Source: Fistulifera solaris (lineage: Eukaryota). From it: a stretch of 64,000 bases of DNA. The DNA lies in the NCBI GenBank assembly GCA_030295235.1, contig AP026164.1, positions 1,922,001-1,986,000 of the forward strand. Reading direction: 5' to 3'. The first letter of the stretch is position 1; the number at the start of each line of letters is the position of its first letter. The notes beneath the pieces were generated by a model, which had not been told where the DNA came from, made no database searches, and worked only from the letters and a program-made list of their open reading frames with translations. Shown here piece by piece: positions 23,323-38,300 of this stretch. The translations under genes were made by a program, and so were the position numbers.

Positions 23323-26300
23323 ATGAAAGTCTTCAAAGCAAACATCAGCATTCTTTTAATCGCACTCGTTCCCATTGTGGCCGCGGAAGCTTCCTCCAAG
23401 GAAGCCGCGAACGCTCAATCTACTCAGGAAGGTTGGTTCGCGAAGTTTTTGGAGAAACTCCCGCATGTTTACATGAGGAAGGAGATTTCGTTCTTTTCCC
23501 ACTTCGGCGAGAAGTTGAACCGCAACAAGAAGCCAGGTCGCTTGGATTGTGACTGGGATGACCCAGTGAAGTCCAAGCACTGTCCTCCTGTTGCTGCTTC
23601 GCCTTTCGTTGGAGGTGGTTCTGCCCCGGCGTTGAAGGGCGCACCTGGAGAGGAGGTCAGTTGTCTTAAGACTCCGAACCACGAGGACTGTCGCATATTG
23701 CAAGCTGCTACTAACGTAGGAGGTTCGTCTACGGCGAGCAACGTGGTTTTGAGTGACCCCGAGCCGGAGCCGAGTGTCCAGAAGGTCAACGTGACAAAGG
23801 TGAAGGCCGAGGAAGCGGAAGTCAAGGAGGAGAAAGTCAAGGAGAAGAAAGTGGAGGAAGACGATGGGGATGCCCCCAATTCGTTCGTCACCGAGTTCCC
23901 CATCGCGACTGTCGCCACTGAGGCTCCTACTCGTGATGACTGTTACGGTAACATGTTTGACGGGCGTTTCTGTGCGTCTTCCATGCCTTCCGTGACAGAG
24001 GAACCCACGAAGGAACCCAAGGTGAATCCGTCGACTGGTAAGCTCAACACTCCTACGAAGATGGAGCTCAACACGGATAGCGGTGGAGGGCGGGTTCCGT
24101 CGACGAAGGATTCGAAGACCGACTCGGTCGGTGCGAAGGTTCCGCCGGGTCAGCTGGACAAGGATACTGGCGGGGCTAAGGTTCCAACGTACACGGTCCC
24201 GAAACCTAGCGCCAGTCCTAGTGGCCAAGTGACGGAGAAAGGGGGCGCTAAGTTACCGACTTTTGCCGTCCCTGAGCCCAGTGCCAGTCCCAGTTCCAGC
24301 CCGACTGTTGAGGTTAAGGAAGACGGTGGTGCCAAGGTGCCGACGTTCACCGTTACCGAGCCGAGTGCCAGTCCTAGCGAGGAGGTTGTCAAAGAAGGTG
24401 GTGCCAAGTTGCCGACTTTTACCGTCTCTGAACCAAGTGCCAGTCCTAGCGGCCTTGTTCAGGAGAAGGGCGGTGCCAAGTTGCCGACTTTTACTGTCTC
24501 TGAACCAAGTGCCAGTCCCAGCGGCCTTGTTCAGGAGAAGGGCGGTGCCAAGTTGCCGACTTTTACTGTCTCTGAACCAAGTGCCAGTCCCAGCGGCCAG
24601 GTTCAGGAGAAGGGCGGTGCCAAGTTGCCGACTTTTACTGTCTCTGAACCCAGCTCCAGTCCAAGTGGCCAGGTTCAGGAGAAGGGCGGTGCCAAGTTGC
24701 CGACTTTTACTGTCTCTGAACCCAGCTCCAGTCCAAGTGGCAATGAGAAGGAAGATGGTGGTGCGAAGTTGCCGACTTTTGCTGCTTCTGAACCCAGCGC
24801 TAGTCCGAGTGCCAGTCCTACCGGTGACGTTAATGAAGAAGGTGGTGCGAAGCTACCGACTTTTGTTGCTTCTGAACCGAGTGCCAGTCCAAGTGGAAAG
24901 GAGAAGGAAGAAGGTGGTGCGAAGCTACCGACTTTTGTTGCTTCTGAACCGAGTGCCAGTCCAAGTGGAAAGGAGAAGGAAGAAGGTGGTGCGAAGCTAC
25001 CGACTTTTGCCGCAACTGAACCGAGCGCCAGTCCAAGTGGAAAGGAGAAGGAAGAAGGTGGTGCGAAGCTACCGACTTTTGCCGCAACTGAACCGAGCGC
25101 CAGTCCAAGTGGAAAGGAGAAGGAAGAAGGTGGTGCGAAGCTACCGACTTTTGCCGCAACTGAACCGAGCGCCAGTCCAAGTGGAAAGGAGAAGGAAGAA
25201 GGTGGTGCGAAGCTACCGACTTTTGCCGCAACTGAACCGAGTGCCAGTCCCATTTCCTCTCCTACCTCAAGTCCTACTTCCGCTCCCACTCGCTGTGAAG
25301 ATCGCGTTGCTGGTCCACTCGAGCGCCAAGCTGGAAGCGAGGTTTGCGTGGAGTCCGATGGAGCTGTCACGATTGTTTCCCGCACCCAAGAGTCCGTTTC
25401 ATTCACTGTCAACCAGCAGTTTACTGAGACGTCCGCGACGTGGGTCTCGACACAGTACGTTGGTGTCGACGGATTCCCAGTTTGTGATATTCAACAAAAT
25501 CTTCCCGTTGGACAGTCCGTGACGTATACGGCTATGTGCGATGACAACTTGTGGGCGTCGATCAATATCTACGTTCACGATGAGTCTTTGAGCGGTGCTG
25601 CTTTCGTCCCTAGTGAGTGTTCGGCGGACTTGTCTACAGGTGGTACTTGCGCGTACACCATTCAGTTGCCCTGTGACTGTACTGGTGTTACTCTCCCGAC
25701 ACCACCACCCACATTCGCTCCAACCGCGGCACCTTCTGAAGAACCCACGGGCAAGCCCAGTCCTTACCCCACAGCTGTTCCCACGAGTGTTCCGAGTTCG
25801 AGCCCATCTGCAGGTCCTATCGGTGAACCGTCGTCTTCCCCTAGTGCCAAACCTAGCTCCGAGCCCTCGGTTAAGCCTTCCGGTGTTCCCACCACTTCTC
25901 CAAGTGTTGTTCCCTCCGGAGGGCCTAGCCCAGGTCCTACTCACGGTCCGACTTCCGGGCCGACATCAGTCCCCAGTTCTCAGCCGAGTCCGGAACCTTC
26001 AGACGAACCCACTGGCAAACCTAGTCCTTACCCGACCAACAAGCCAGTGATCCCTGAAGGATCGCCCACTCCTTTGCCCAGTGCATCGCCATCCCGAGCT
26101 CCTGTTACCCCAAGTGCTCAGCCCACTTCCTTGCCTACGGACCTCCCTTCAGACTCTCAAACGGACCTCCCTTCAGACTCTCAAACGGTACCTCCTACTG
26201 GTGGACCGTCAGGCGTGCCAACAACATCGCCCTCTGGAGGACCAACTGGTGAGCCAAGCGCTTCGCCGACGACGATTCCTTCGAACGAGCCCACTGCGAA

Positions 26301-29300
26301 GCCCAGTTCTTACCCGACGGCTAGCCCTTCGAGCGCGCCCGTGGCCAGTCCCAGCGCTTCACCTTCTGGTTCCCCCTCGGCATCGCCAACGGACTCCGAC
26401 ATCCCCGATGTCATAACGATGCCTCCGGTTCCTGTACCATCAAATGTTCCTACTGACCAGCCTTCGGCGTCTCCCTCCGGCAAGCCTACCACAATCCCTA
26501 GTCAAAATCCCAGTGGAATTCCATCCGTACCTCCAACTGCCAGTCCAACTGGCGCACCTACTGGAAGCCCAACCGGTGTTCCCACCGGTATCCCTTCGCC
26601 TACTCCATCCGGAAATCCCTCTGATTCCCCAAGCGCGGCTCCGACATCTTTGCCGTCGGGTAGCCCCAGCAAAGGACCAACTGCCGAACCAAGCTCATCT
26701 CCTTCAGCCAGCCCGACTGCTTTCCCGTCAAGCACACCAACAGGCCAGCCGTCTGTGAAAGCAAGTGAGAATCCATCGTCAGGTCCCACTCTGTCGCCAA
26801 CAGGATCTCCAAGTGGCAACCCGACAAACGTACCTTCAGAAAACCCCTCAATTAGCGGCTCTGCTACTCCTTCGGTCGAACATAGTCTCACTCCGACGAT
26901 AGACGAAAGTGCTAACCCAACGGTTGTAGCATCAGAGTCTCCCAGCGGAAAACCGACAAGCGGCCCAACAGCCAGTCCCAGCCGTAGTCCTTCTTCAGTA
27001 CCTACATCTGGTCCTTCCTCGAACCCTAGCGGAACACCCAGCGATTCGCCAAGTGCCGTTCCCACCAGTCTGCCTTCTGCCGACCCTTCAGTTTCGCCTT
27101 CGAAAACACCGACCGGTTCCCCCAGTGTCGTGCCAAGTCGTACACCATCTGGTGCACCGTCCCTTGTTCCAAGCCAAGAACCTTCATTAGGGCCTTCAGG
27201 ACAACCTTCTGGTACCCCTAGCATGTTGCCTACTAAAACACCAAGTGCTCTGCCAAGTATGATGCCCACTCCATCCCCCACCGGACGGCCCAGCGGTGTA
27301 CCCAGCAGCGAGCCGACGTCACCGCCCAGTTTGACAGTAAGTCAAGTACCCAGTGTGGCTCCTTCTGCCGGTCCAAGCTCCGAGCCTTCAAATTCACCTT
27401 CTGGTACACCAACCGGAAGTCCAAGCGGTGAACCGTCTTCAGGTCCAACTTCCCCACCTACTGCTGAACCGAGTTCTAACCCAAGTTCAGTCCCTAGTAT
27501 CACTCCTTCGGCGGTGCCATCTTCGGTTCCTACCGTCACGCCCAGTTCTGGACCAAGCTCGGTTCCTAGCGCTACACCTACGACGACTCCAAGTGGAGAG
27601 CCAAGCAGTTCTCCGTCGGGCACTCCCAGCGTTATCCCATCTGCCGGACCAACAGCAAGTCCGTCAGTCCAGCCTTCGGGTTCCCCTAGCGAGACTCCCA
27701 CATTCAAACCAACTGCTGAAGGCGAGAAGTCTCCAAGTGAAGTTCCAAGTTCGTCTCCGACCGACAGTCCGGCTCCTAGTGGAACCCCGACTACTTCTCC
27801 CAGTGGATCCCCGTCTGGTGTACCGACTGGTTCACCAACGTCGGGCCCATCGGGCACGCCAAGTGTCGTTCCGAGCTCGACGCCTTCTTCTTCGCCCAGC
27901 TCTATTCCCAGTACTGGACCGAGCAGCGAACCGAGTGTCACACCTAGTGCCGTCCCGTCTTCTACACCCAGTATTGTGCCATCCGGATCGCCAAGTGCTG
28001 TTCCGAGCATCACACCGAGCGTAACTCCGTCCGCTGTACCAACTTCAGTTCCAAGTGGCACGCCGTCGGGAACTCCGAGCTCTACACCGAGCAGCACTCC
28101 CAGTGCCGTGCCGTCTTCTACTCCTAGCGGAGTTCCAAGCACCACACCGAGTGTGACTCCCAGCTTCTCACCAAGTGACTCACCGTCATCAGTTCCCTCT
28201 ACTAGCCCGAGTTCGGATCCGAGCGTTGCGCCTAGCGGAACACCGACCACTTCCCAAGTTCTAACCCCAGTTCGGTGCCAACGTCAGTTCCGAGCGGAAC
28301 CCCCAGTTCGTCGCCCAGCGCTATCCCTTCATCGGTGCCAACGACGACTCCAAGCGGAACGCCGAGTTCGACACCCTCGAGCTTGCCCAGTATCACTCCT
28401 TCGGCGGTGCCATCTTCGGTTCCTACCGTCACGCCCAGTTCTGGACCAAGCTCGGTTCCTAGCGCTACACCTACGACGACTCCAAGTGGAGAGCCCAGCA
28501 GTTCTCCGTCGGGCACTCCCAGCGTTATCCCATCTGCCGGACCAACAGCAAGTCCGTCAGTGCAGCCTTCGGGTTCCCCTAGCGAGACTCCCACATTCAA
28601 ACCAACTGCTGAAGGCGAGAAGTCTCCAAGTGAAGTTCCAAGTTCGTCTCCGACCGACAGTCCGGCTCCTAGTGGAACCCCGACTACTTCTCCCAGTGGA
28701 TCCCCGTCTGGTGTACCGACTGGTTCACCAACGTCGGGCCCATCGGGCACGCCAAGTGTCGTTCCGAGCTCGACGCCTTCTTCTTCGCCCAGCTCTATTC
28801 CCAGTGCTGGACCGAGCAGCGAACCGAGTGTCACACCTAGTGCCGTCCCGTCTTCTACACCCAGTATTGTGCCATCCGGATCGCCAAGTGCTGTTCCGAG
28901 CATCACACCGAGCGTAACTCCGTCCGCTGTACCAACTTCAGTTCCAAGTGGCACGCCGTCGGGAACTCCGAGCTCTACACCGAGCAGCACTCCCAGTGCC
29001 GTGCCGTCTTCTACTCCTAGCGGAGTTCCAAGCACCACACCGAGTGTGACTCCCAGCTTCTCACCTAGTGTTGTTCCAAGCTACTCCCCAAGTGTTACGC
29101 CATCATCAGTTCCCTCTGCTAGCCCGAGTTCAGATCCGAGCGTTGCGCCTAGCGGAACACCGACCACTTCCCCAAGTTCTAACCCCAGTTCGGTGCCAAC
29201 GTCAGTTCCGAGCGGAACCCCCAGTTCGTCGCCCAGCGCTATCCCTTCATCGGTGCCAACGACGACTCCAAGCGGAACGCCGAGTTCGACACCCTCGAGC

Positions 29301-32300
29301 TTGCCCAGTATCACTCCTTCGGCGGTGCCATCTTCGGTTCCTACCGTCACGCCCAGTTCTGGACCAAGCTCGGTTCCTAGCGCTACACCTACGACGACTC
29401 CAAGTGGAGAGCCAAGCAGTTCTCCGTCGGGCACTCCCAGCGTTATCCCATCTGCCGGACCAACAGCAAGTCCGTCAGTGCAGCCTTCGGGTTCCCCTAG
29501 CGAGACTCCCACATTCAAACCAACTGCTGAAGGCGAGAAGTCTCCAAGTGAAGTTCCAAGTTCGTCTCCGACCGACAGTCCGGCTCCTAGTGGAACCCCG
29601 ACTACTTCTCCCAGTGGATCCCCGTCTGGTGTACCGACTGGTTCACCAACGTCGGGCCCATCGGGCACGCCAAGTGTCGTTCCGAGCTCGACGCCTTCTT
29701 CTTCGCCCAGCTCTATTCCCAGTACTGGACCGAGCAGCGAACCGAGTGTCACACCTAGTGCCGTCCCGTCTTCTACACCCAGTATTGTGCCATCCGGATC
29801 GCCAAGTGCTGTTCCGAGCATCACACCGAGCGTAACTCCGTCCGCTGTACCAACTTCAGTTCCAAGTGGCACGCCGTCGGGAACTCCGAGCTCTACACCG
29901 AGCAGCACTCCCAGTGCCGTGCCGTCTTCTACTCCTAGCGGAGTTCCAAGCACCACACCGAGTGTGACTCCCAGCTTCTCACCAAGTGACTCACCGTCAT
30001 CAGTTCCCTCTACTAGCCCGAGTTCGGATCCGAGCGTTGCGCCTAGCGGAACACCGACCACTTCCCCAAGTTCTAACCCCAGTTCGGTGCCAACGTCAGT
30101 TCCGAGCGGAACCCCCAGTTCGTCGCCCAGCGCTATCCCTTCATCGGTGCCAACGACGACTCCAAGCGGAACGCCGAGTTCGACACCCTCGAGCTTGCCC
30201 AGTATCACTCCTTCGGCGGTGCCATCTTCGGTTCCTACCGTCACGCCCAGTTCTGGACCAAGCTCGGTTCCTAGCGCTACACCTACGACGACTCCAAGTG
30301 GAGAGCCCAGCAGTTCTCCGTCGGGCACTCCCAGCGTTATCCCATCTGCCGGACCAACAGCAAGTCCGTCAGTGCAGCCCACTGGCTCACCGTCGGTGAG
30401 TCCAAGTTCAGTTCCGTCTTCCCTGCCTACATTCCTCTCGGAAAGCATTTGCGTGCAAGAAGCCAGACTAGACAGTAACGTCACCGCGCCGAATGGAAGT
30501 GGCATGTTTACCGAAAATCCGATCAGTCTCGTCTCGCAACGCGGCTCGACTGTTTCTTTTGTTGTGAATCAGAACTGGGGTACAGATTCAATTCATCAAA
30601 TCACAGTCATGTATAAATCTGTACATGATGGAATGATTTGCTCGGAAAATTGGGGAGTTTCTTCCGAGACTTCGGAGTACACCGCACGCTGTGTTGATGG
30701 AGTTACTGAAATCGCCGTTTTTGTTAGCGACAATTCTTTCTCAGGAATTCCGGACATTTCTACTCAGCTTCCTGAAATATGCAATGTGCATTCCCCGTGG
30801 GTTTCCAGGTTTCAATGTTCGTCTTTACTCTCCCGTGCGACACGTCATTGGAAGACTTCTGTGTAGTGTTGTGCCCTGACAGCGAAATGCCCAGTGTTCA
30901 GCCAAGTTCCATTCCTTCCGCGTCTCCCACTGCTCAAGGTGAAAAGGCTCCCAGCGAGGTTCCAAGCACAACGCCTACGGAGAGCCCTGCTCCAAGTGGT
31001 TCGCCGACTGTTACCCCCAGTGGGTCCCCGTCTGGTTTGCCTACTGTTTCCCCGTCTTCTGAACCGTCTGGTGTGCCAAGTGTTACCCCCACTTCGAGCC
31101 CCTCTGGTCTACCAAGTTCTATTCCCACTACTGGACCCAGCGGTGCTCCTAGTGTCACACCTAGCGCTATCCCGTCTTCTCCACCCAGTATTGTGCCGTC
31201 TGGAGCTCCCAGCTCGTCACCAAGCGCTGTCCCTAGCTCCGCCCCCAGTATTGTACCATCAGCCGTCCCAAGCCCAGGTCCCAGCTCATCTCCAAGTGCT
31301 AGTCCGTCGGTGTCGCCCTCCACAGTCCCTACAACGACACCCACCGTTTCTCCTAGTGCATCACCTTCGTCGTCTCCCAGTGTTTCGCCAAGTGGAATCC
31401 CCTCCTCTAGCCCAAGCGGGGTACCGAGTGGATCTCCAAGCTCGGAGCCCAGTTCTTCGCCGTCTTCAGCACCCAGCTCTGGTCCTTCCAGCTCACCAAG
31501 TGGGTCGCCGAGTTCCAGCCCAAGTTCTGTTCCAAGCTCAACCCCCTCTGGTGTTCCAGAGTGGAGTTCCGAGCTCGACACCCAGCGCGATGCCAAGCTC
31601 GAATCCCAGTGGATCGCCAAGCTCTACACCGTCTAGTATTCCCAGCTCGACTCCAAGCAGTAGTCCCAGTGTCACTCCTTCGGCGGTGCCATCTTCGGTT
31701 CCTACCGTCACACCTAGTTCTGGACCAAGCTCGGTTCCTAGCGCTACACCTACGACGACTCCAAGTGGAGAGCCCAGCAGTTCTCCGTCGGGCACTCCCA
31801 GCGTTATCCCATCTGCCGGACCAACAGCAAGTCCGTCAGTGCAGCCTTCGGGTTCCCCTAGCGAGACTCCCACATTCAAACCAACTGCTGAAGGCGAGAA
31901 GTCTCCAAGTGAAGTTCCAAGTTCGTCTCCGACCGACAGTCCGGCTCCTAGTGGAACCCCGACTACTTCTCCCAGTGGATCCCCGTCTGGTGTACCGACT
32001 GGTTCACCAACGTCGGGCCCATCGGGCACGCCAAGTGTCGTTCCGAGCTCGACGCCTTCTTCTTCGCCCAGCTCTATTCCCAGTGCTGGACCGAGCAGCG
32101 AACCGAGTGTCACACCTAGTGCCGTCCCGTCTTCTACACCCAGTATTGTGCCATCCGGATCGCCAAGTGCTGTTCCGAGCATCACACCGAGCGTAACTCC
32201 GTCCGCTGTACCAACAGCCGTACCGAGCTCGAGACCCAGCGCATCTCCAAGTGCTTCTCCGTCGACATCGCCCTCTACAACTCCTTCGTTGTCTCCCAGT

Positions 32301-35300
32301 GTTTCGCCAAGTGGAATCCCCTCCTCTAGCCCAAGCGGGGTACCGAGTGGATCTCCAAGCTCGGAGCCCAGTTCTTCGCCGTCTTCAGCACCCAGCTCTG
32401 GTCCTTCCAGCTCACCAAGTGGGTCGCCGAGTTCCAGCCCAAGTTCTGTTCCAAGCTCAACCCCCTCTGGTGTTCCAAGTGGAGTTCCGAGCTCGACACC
32501 CAGCGCGATGCCAAGCTCGAATCCCAGTGGATCGCCAAGCTCTACACCGTCTAGTATTCCCAGCTCGACTCCAAGCTCTAGTCCAAGCGGTGAACCCAGT
32601 TCTGCTCCGAGCGAACAACCCAGCATCACTCCCAGTGAATTTCCAAGCGCGTACCCAAGTGAGGTTCCTAGTGTTGAGCCCTCGGGCGCCCCGTCGATCA
32701 AGATTTGCGAGGAGTATGAGCGAATTACCTTCAACGAGGATGGTTACGGTAATCCAGTTAGCGCAGGATCATTCGTCTCGCTTCAATGGAAAAATCACGG
32801 ATTCAGACTCTACGCCAAGGAATTATCTGAAGGTACAGGCGGATACATGGAAAATGGCTGGCCTAGGCTATTCGACACGCTCCAGCCTGGAAATCCTGGA
32901 GTTGGTACTCCCGGACTTGCTGGTGATTTTGGCAATGTCTTGATTGTGCAACATCAGAACCCTAAAGGTCCTAAAAACTGGCAGGCAAATGAAAATGGAG
33001 GGGTGATTGTCTTTGACTTCGCTTTGGCCCCTCGAGGAGAGATTGAGGATATTGGGTTGCACAACGTCGTCAAGGATGTCAAGATTCGCGTCACGGACGC
33101 AAAGGGCTTGACCACCGATTTTATTGTTCCTGCTCAAGGAGAAAACAAATCAGTTACCCAGAGACTCAATGCATTTGATGTGAGCAAAATCGAAGTTTTC
33201 ATGGAGGGACCAAGTGCAGTTACAGCGCTTGGAATATGCTATGACCTCGATGGAGCTCCTAGCACCAAGGTTCCCGAAAATTTATGGCCCACTGAACAGC
33301 CAAGTGTCCAACCGAGTCAGAGCCCCGCTCCAAGCTCTCAACCCTCTAGAAGTTCTCAGCCGAGTGCCTCCCCTTCTGCTAGTCCCACTGCGGAAGGCGA
33401 GAAGTCTCCTAGTGAAGTTCCAAGTTCTTCCCCGACAGACAGTCCGGCACCAAGCAGTTCTCCAAGCACTACACCCAGTACTAAACCAAGCACGTCTCCA
33501 AGTGCTTCCCCGAGTGGATCTCCGAGCTCTGGCCCAAGTCAGCACCCTAGTTCGGAACCTAGTTCTACTCCAAGTGTAACACCGAGTGCTGCACCTTCTT
33601 CGGTCCCATCGGTGGCACCGAGTGGAGAACCTAGCTCTAGCCCGAGTTCTGCTCCTAGCTCCAGTCCAAGCTCAACACCAAGTTCTGCTCCTAGTTCCTT
33701 GCCAAGTTCCACACCGAGCTCAAGTCCAAGCGGAACCCCAAGCTCTTCGCCCAGCTCTACTCCCTCTTCGAGCCCAAGCTCTACGCCGAGCTCGATGCCT
33801 AGCTCTACTCCAAGCAGTTCACCGAGCGCGGCACCGAGCTCTTCGCCGAGTTCCAGCCCAAGTTCGACACCCAGCTCCAGCCCGAGTTCCAGTCCTAGTT
33901 CGGCTCCCAGCTCTGAGCCAAGCTCGAGTCCGAGTGTAACTCCTTCTTCGACTCCTAGTGGCGAGCCTTCATCTGCACCCAGCGTTGAGCCGAGTGGCGC
34001 TCCGAGTGTGACACCAAGCTCTTCACCAAGCAGTGTTCCGAGCGTGACACCAAGCGCTTCTCCTTCTTCGACTCCTTCGTCGACTCCAAGTGTCAGCCCG
34101 TCGTCTGTACCCAGTGCTTCTCCTTCAACTACTCCAAGTGGAAGTCCAAGCATTGCGCCGTCGGCTACACCGAGTCAGGAACCCAGCTCTTCGCCGAGTG
34201 CTTCACCATCTGTGTCTCCTAGCGCGGGTCCGTCGTCGAGTCCTAGTGTCAGTCCGTCTGCTGCGCCAAGCGTTTCTCCGAGTGCTGTTCCAACACCTGA
34301 AGGCGAGAAGGCTCCGAGTGAAGTGCCCAGTTCTTCTCCCACAGATAGTCCTGCACCAAGTGGAGCTCCGAGCTCGAAACCTAGTGGCAGTCCCAGCTCT
34401 TCACCAAGCATCAGCCCCAGCATTGAGCCAAGCTCATCTCCAAGCGTCTCGCCGAGCAGCAAACCCAGTTCTACTCCCAGTTCAAACCCCAGCGAGGTGC
34501 CAAGTACCAACCCAAGCGTAAGCCCAAGCAGCAGCCCAAGCTTTTCACCGAGCTCCGTTCCTAGTAATATGCCAAGCTCCAGTCCAAGTTCGTCTCCAAG
34601 CTCTACACCTAGTGTCGTACCGAGCTCTTCCCCGAGTTCAACGCCGAGCACAAGCCCTAGTGCGGTCCCCAGTACCTCACCGAGTTCCACACCGAGCTCA
34701 AGTCCAAGCGGAACCCCAAGCTCTTCGCCCAGCTCTACTCCCTCTTCGAGCCCAAGCTCTACGCCGAGCTCGATGCCTAGCTCTACTCCAAGCAGTTCAC
34801 CGAGCGCGGCACCGAGCTCTTCGCCGAGTTCCAGCCCAAGTTCGACACCCAGCTCCAGCCCGAGTTCCAGTCCTAGTTCGGCTCCCAGCTCTGAGCCAAG
34901 CTCGAGTCCGAGTGTAACTCCTTCTTCGACTCCTAGTGGCGAGCCTTCATCTGCACCCAGCGTTGAGCCGAGTGGCGCTCCGAGTGTGACACCAAGCTCT
35001 TCACCAAGCAGTGTTCCGAGCGTGACACCAAGCGCTTCTCCTTCTTCGACTCCTTCGTCGACTCCAAGTGTCAGCCCGTCGTCTGTACCCAGTGCTTCTC
35101 CTTCAACTACTCCAAGTGGAAGTCCAAGCATTGCGCCGTCGGCTACACCGAGTCAGGAACCCAGCTCTTCGCCGAGTGCTACACCATCTGTGTCTCCTAG
35201 CTCGGGTCCGTCGTCGAGTCCTAGTGTCAGTCCGTCTGCTGCGCCAAGCGTTTCTCCGAGTGCTGTTCCAACACCTGAAGGCGAGAAGGCTCCGAGTGAA

Positions 35301-38300
35301 GTGCCCAGTTCTTCTCCCACAGATAGTCCTGCACCAAGTGGAGCTCCGAGCTCGAAACCTAGTGGCAGTCCCAGCTCTTCACCAAGCATCAGCCCCAGCA
35401 TTGAGCCAAGCTCATCTCCAAGCGTCTCGCCGAGCAGCAAACCCAGTTCTACTCCCAGTTCAAACCCCAGCGAGGTGCCAAGTACCAACCCAAGCGTAAG
35501 CCCAAGCAGCAGCCCAAGCTTTTCACCGAGCTCCGTTCCTAGTAATATGCCAAGCTCCAGTCCAAGTTCGTCTCCAAGCTCTACACCTAGTGTCGTACCG
35601 AGCTCTTCCCCGAGTTCAACGCCGAGCACAAGCCCTAGTGCGGTCCCCAGTACCTCACCGAGTTCCACACCGAGCTCAAGTCCAAGCGGAACCCCAAGCT
35701 CTTCGCCCAGCTCTACTCCCTCTTCGAGCCCAAGCTCTACGCCGAGCTCGATGCCTAGCTCTACTCCAAGCAGTTCACCGAGCGCGGCACCGAGCTCTTC
35801 GCCGAGTTCCAGCCCAAGTTCGACACCCAGCTCCAGCCCGAGTTCCAGTCCTAGTTCGGCTCCCAGCTCTGAGCCAAGCTCGAGTCCGAGTGTAACTCCT
35901 TCTTCGACTCCTAGTGGCGAGCCTTCATCTGCACCCAGCGTTGAGCCGAGTGGCGCTCCGAGTGTGACACCAAGCTCTTCACCAAGCAGTGTTCCGAGCG
36001 TGACACCAAGCGCTTCTCCTTCTTCGACTCCTTCGTCGACTCCAAGTGTCAGCCCGTCGTCTGTACCCAGTGCTTCTCCTTCAACTACTCCAAGTGGAAG
36101 TCCAAGCATTGCGCCGTCGGCTACACCGAGTCAGGAACCCAGCTCTTCGCCGAGTGCTACACCATCTGTGTCTCCTAGCGCGGGTCCGTCGTCGAGTCCT
36201 AGTGTCAGTCCGTCTGCTGCGCCAAGCGTTTCTCCGAGTACTGTTCCAACACCTGAAGGCGAGAAGGCTCCGAGTGAAGTGCCCAGTTCTTCTCCCACAG
36301 ATAGTCCTGCACCAAGTGGAGCTCCGAGCTCGAAACCTAGTGGCAGTCCCAGCTCTTCACCAAGCATCAGCCCCAGCATTGAGCCAAGCTCATCTCCAAG
36401 CGTCTCGCCGAGCAGCAAACCCAGTTCTACTCCCAGTTCAAACCCCAGCGAGGTGCCAAGTACCAACCCAAGCGTAAGCCCAAGCAGCAGCCCAAGCTTT
36501 TCACCGAGCTCCGTTCCTAGTAATATGCCAAGCTCCAGTCCAAGTTCGTCTCCAAGCTCTACACCTAGTGTCGTACCGAGCTCTTCCCCGAGTTCAACGC
36601 CGAGCACAAGCCCTAGTGCGGTCCCCAGTACCTCACCGAGTTCCACACCGAGCTCAAGTCCAAGCGGAACCCCAAGCTCTTCGCCCAGCTCTACTCCCTC
36701 TTCGAGCCCAAGCTCTACGCCGAGCTCGATGCCTAGCTCTACTCCAAGCAGTTCACCGAGCGCGGCACCGAGCTCTTCGCCGAGTTCCAGCCCAAGTTCG
36801 ACACCCAGCTCCAGCCCGAGTTCCAGTCCTAGTTCGGCTCCCAGCTCTGAGCCAAGCTCGAGTCCGAGTGTAACTCCTTCTTCGACTCCTAGTGGCGAGC
36901 CTTCATCTGCACCTAGCGTTGAGCCGAGTGGCGCTCCGAGTGTGACACCAAGCGCTTCTCCTTCTTCGACTCCTTCGTCGACTCCAAGTGTAAGCCCGTC
37001 GTCTGTACCCAGTGCTTCTCCTTCAACTACTCCAAGTGGAAGTCCAAGCATTGCGCCGTCGGCTACACCGAGTCAGGAACCCAGCTCGTCGCCGAGTGCT
37101 ACACCATCTGTGTCTCCTAGCGCGGGTCCGTCGTCGAGTCCTAGTGTCAGTCCGTCTGCTGCGCCAAGCGTTTCTCCGAGTACTGTTCCAACACCTGAAG
37201 GCGAGAAGGCTCCGAGTGAAGTGCCCAGTTCTTCTCCCACGGATAGTCCTGCACCAAGTGGAGCTCCGAGCGAAGCACCAAGCAGTGCCCCTAGCGAGTC
37301 CCCTAGTGTAGCACCAAGCGAATCACCAAGCGAGGTGCCGAGCTCGATGCCTAGCAGTTCGCCGAGCAGCTCGCCTAGTGAATCACCGAGTGTATCGCCA
37401 AGTATTGCCCCGAGCACGGAGCCTAGTTCTGTCCCAAGCACTGAGCCAAGTGCACAACCAAGTTCTGCTCCATCCTTGACCCCAAGTTCTTCACCAAGCG
37501 CAACTCCTAGCGCGACACCAAGCTCTTCGCCGAGCTCATCACCAAGCTCTGCTCCTAGTTCAACGCCCAGCTCTGCTCCGTCCTCTAGCCCAAGTTCTTC
37601 CCCTTCTTCGAGCCCCAGTTCGGCTCCTAGTGCCAAACCCAGTTCTACTCCAAGCACTTCCCCGAGTGAAACTCCTAGTTTAGCTCCTAGTTCCAGTCCA
37701 AGTTCGGCACCCAGCTCCAGCCCGAGTTCCAGTCCTAGTTCGGCTCCCAGCTCTGAGCCAAGCTCGAGTCCGAGTGTAACTCCTTCTTCGACTCCTAGTG
37801 GCGAGCCTTCATCGGCACCCAGCGTTGAGCCGAGTGGCGCTCCGAGTGTGACACCAAGCTCTTCACCAAGCAGTGTTCCGAGCGTGACACCAAGCGCTTC
37901 TCCTTCTTCGACTCCTTCGTCGACTCCAAGTGTCAGCCCGTCGTCTGTACCCAGTGCTTCTCCTTCAACTACTCCAAGTGGAAGTCCAAGCATTGCGCCG
38001 TCGGCTACACCGAGTCAGGAACCCAGCTCTTCGCCGAGTGCTTCACCATCTGTGTCTCCTAGCGCGGGTCCGTCGTCGAGTCCTAGTGTCAGTCCGTCTG
38101 CTGCGCCAAGCGTTTCTCCGAGTGCTGTTCCAACACCTGAAGGCGAGAAGGCTCCGAGTGAAGTGCCCAGTTCTTCTCCCACAGATAGTCCTGCACCAAG
38201 TGGAGCTCCGAGCTTTTCCCCAAGTGTTGGACCAAGCGCGTCTCCTAGTTCTGTCCCGAGTCTGATGCCGAGCGCAACACCAAGCGGTTCTCCGAGTGGA

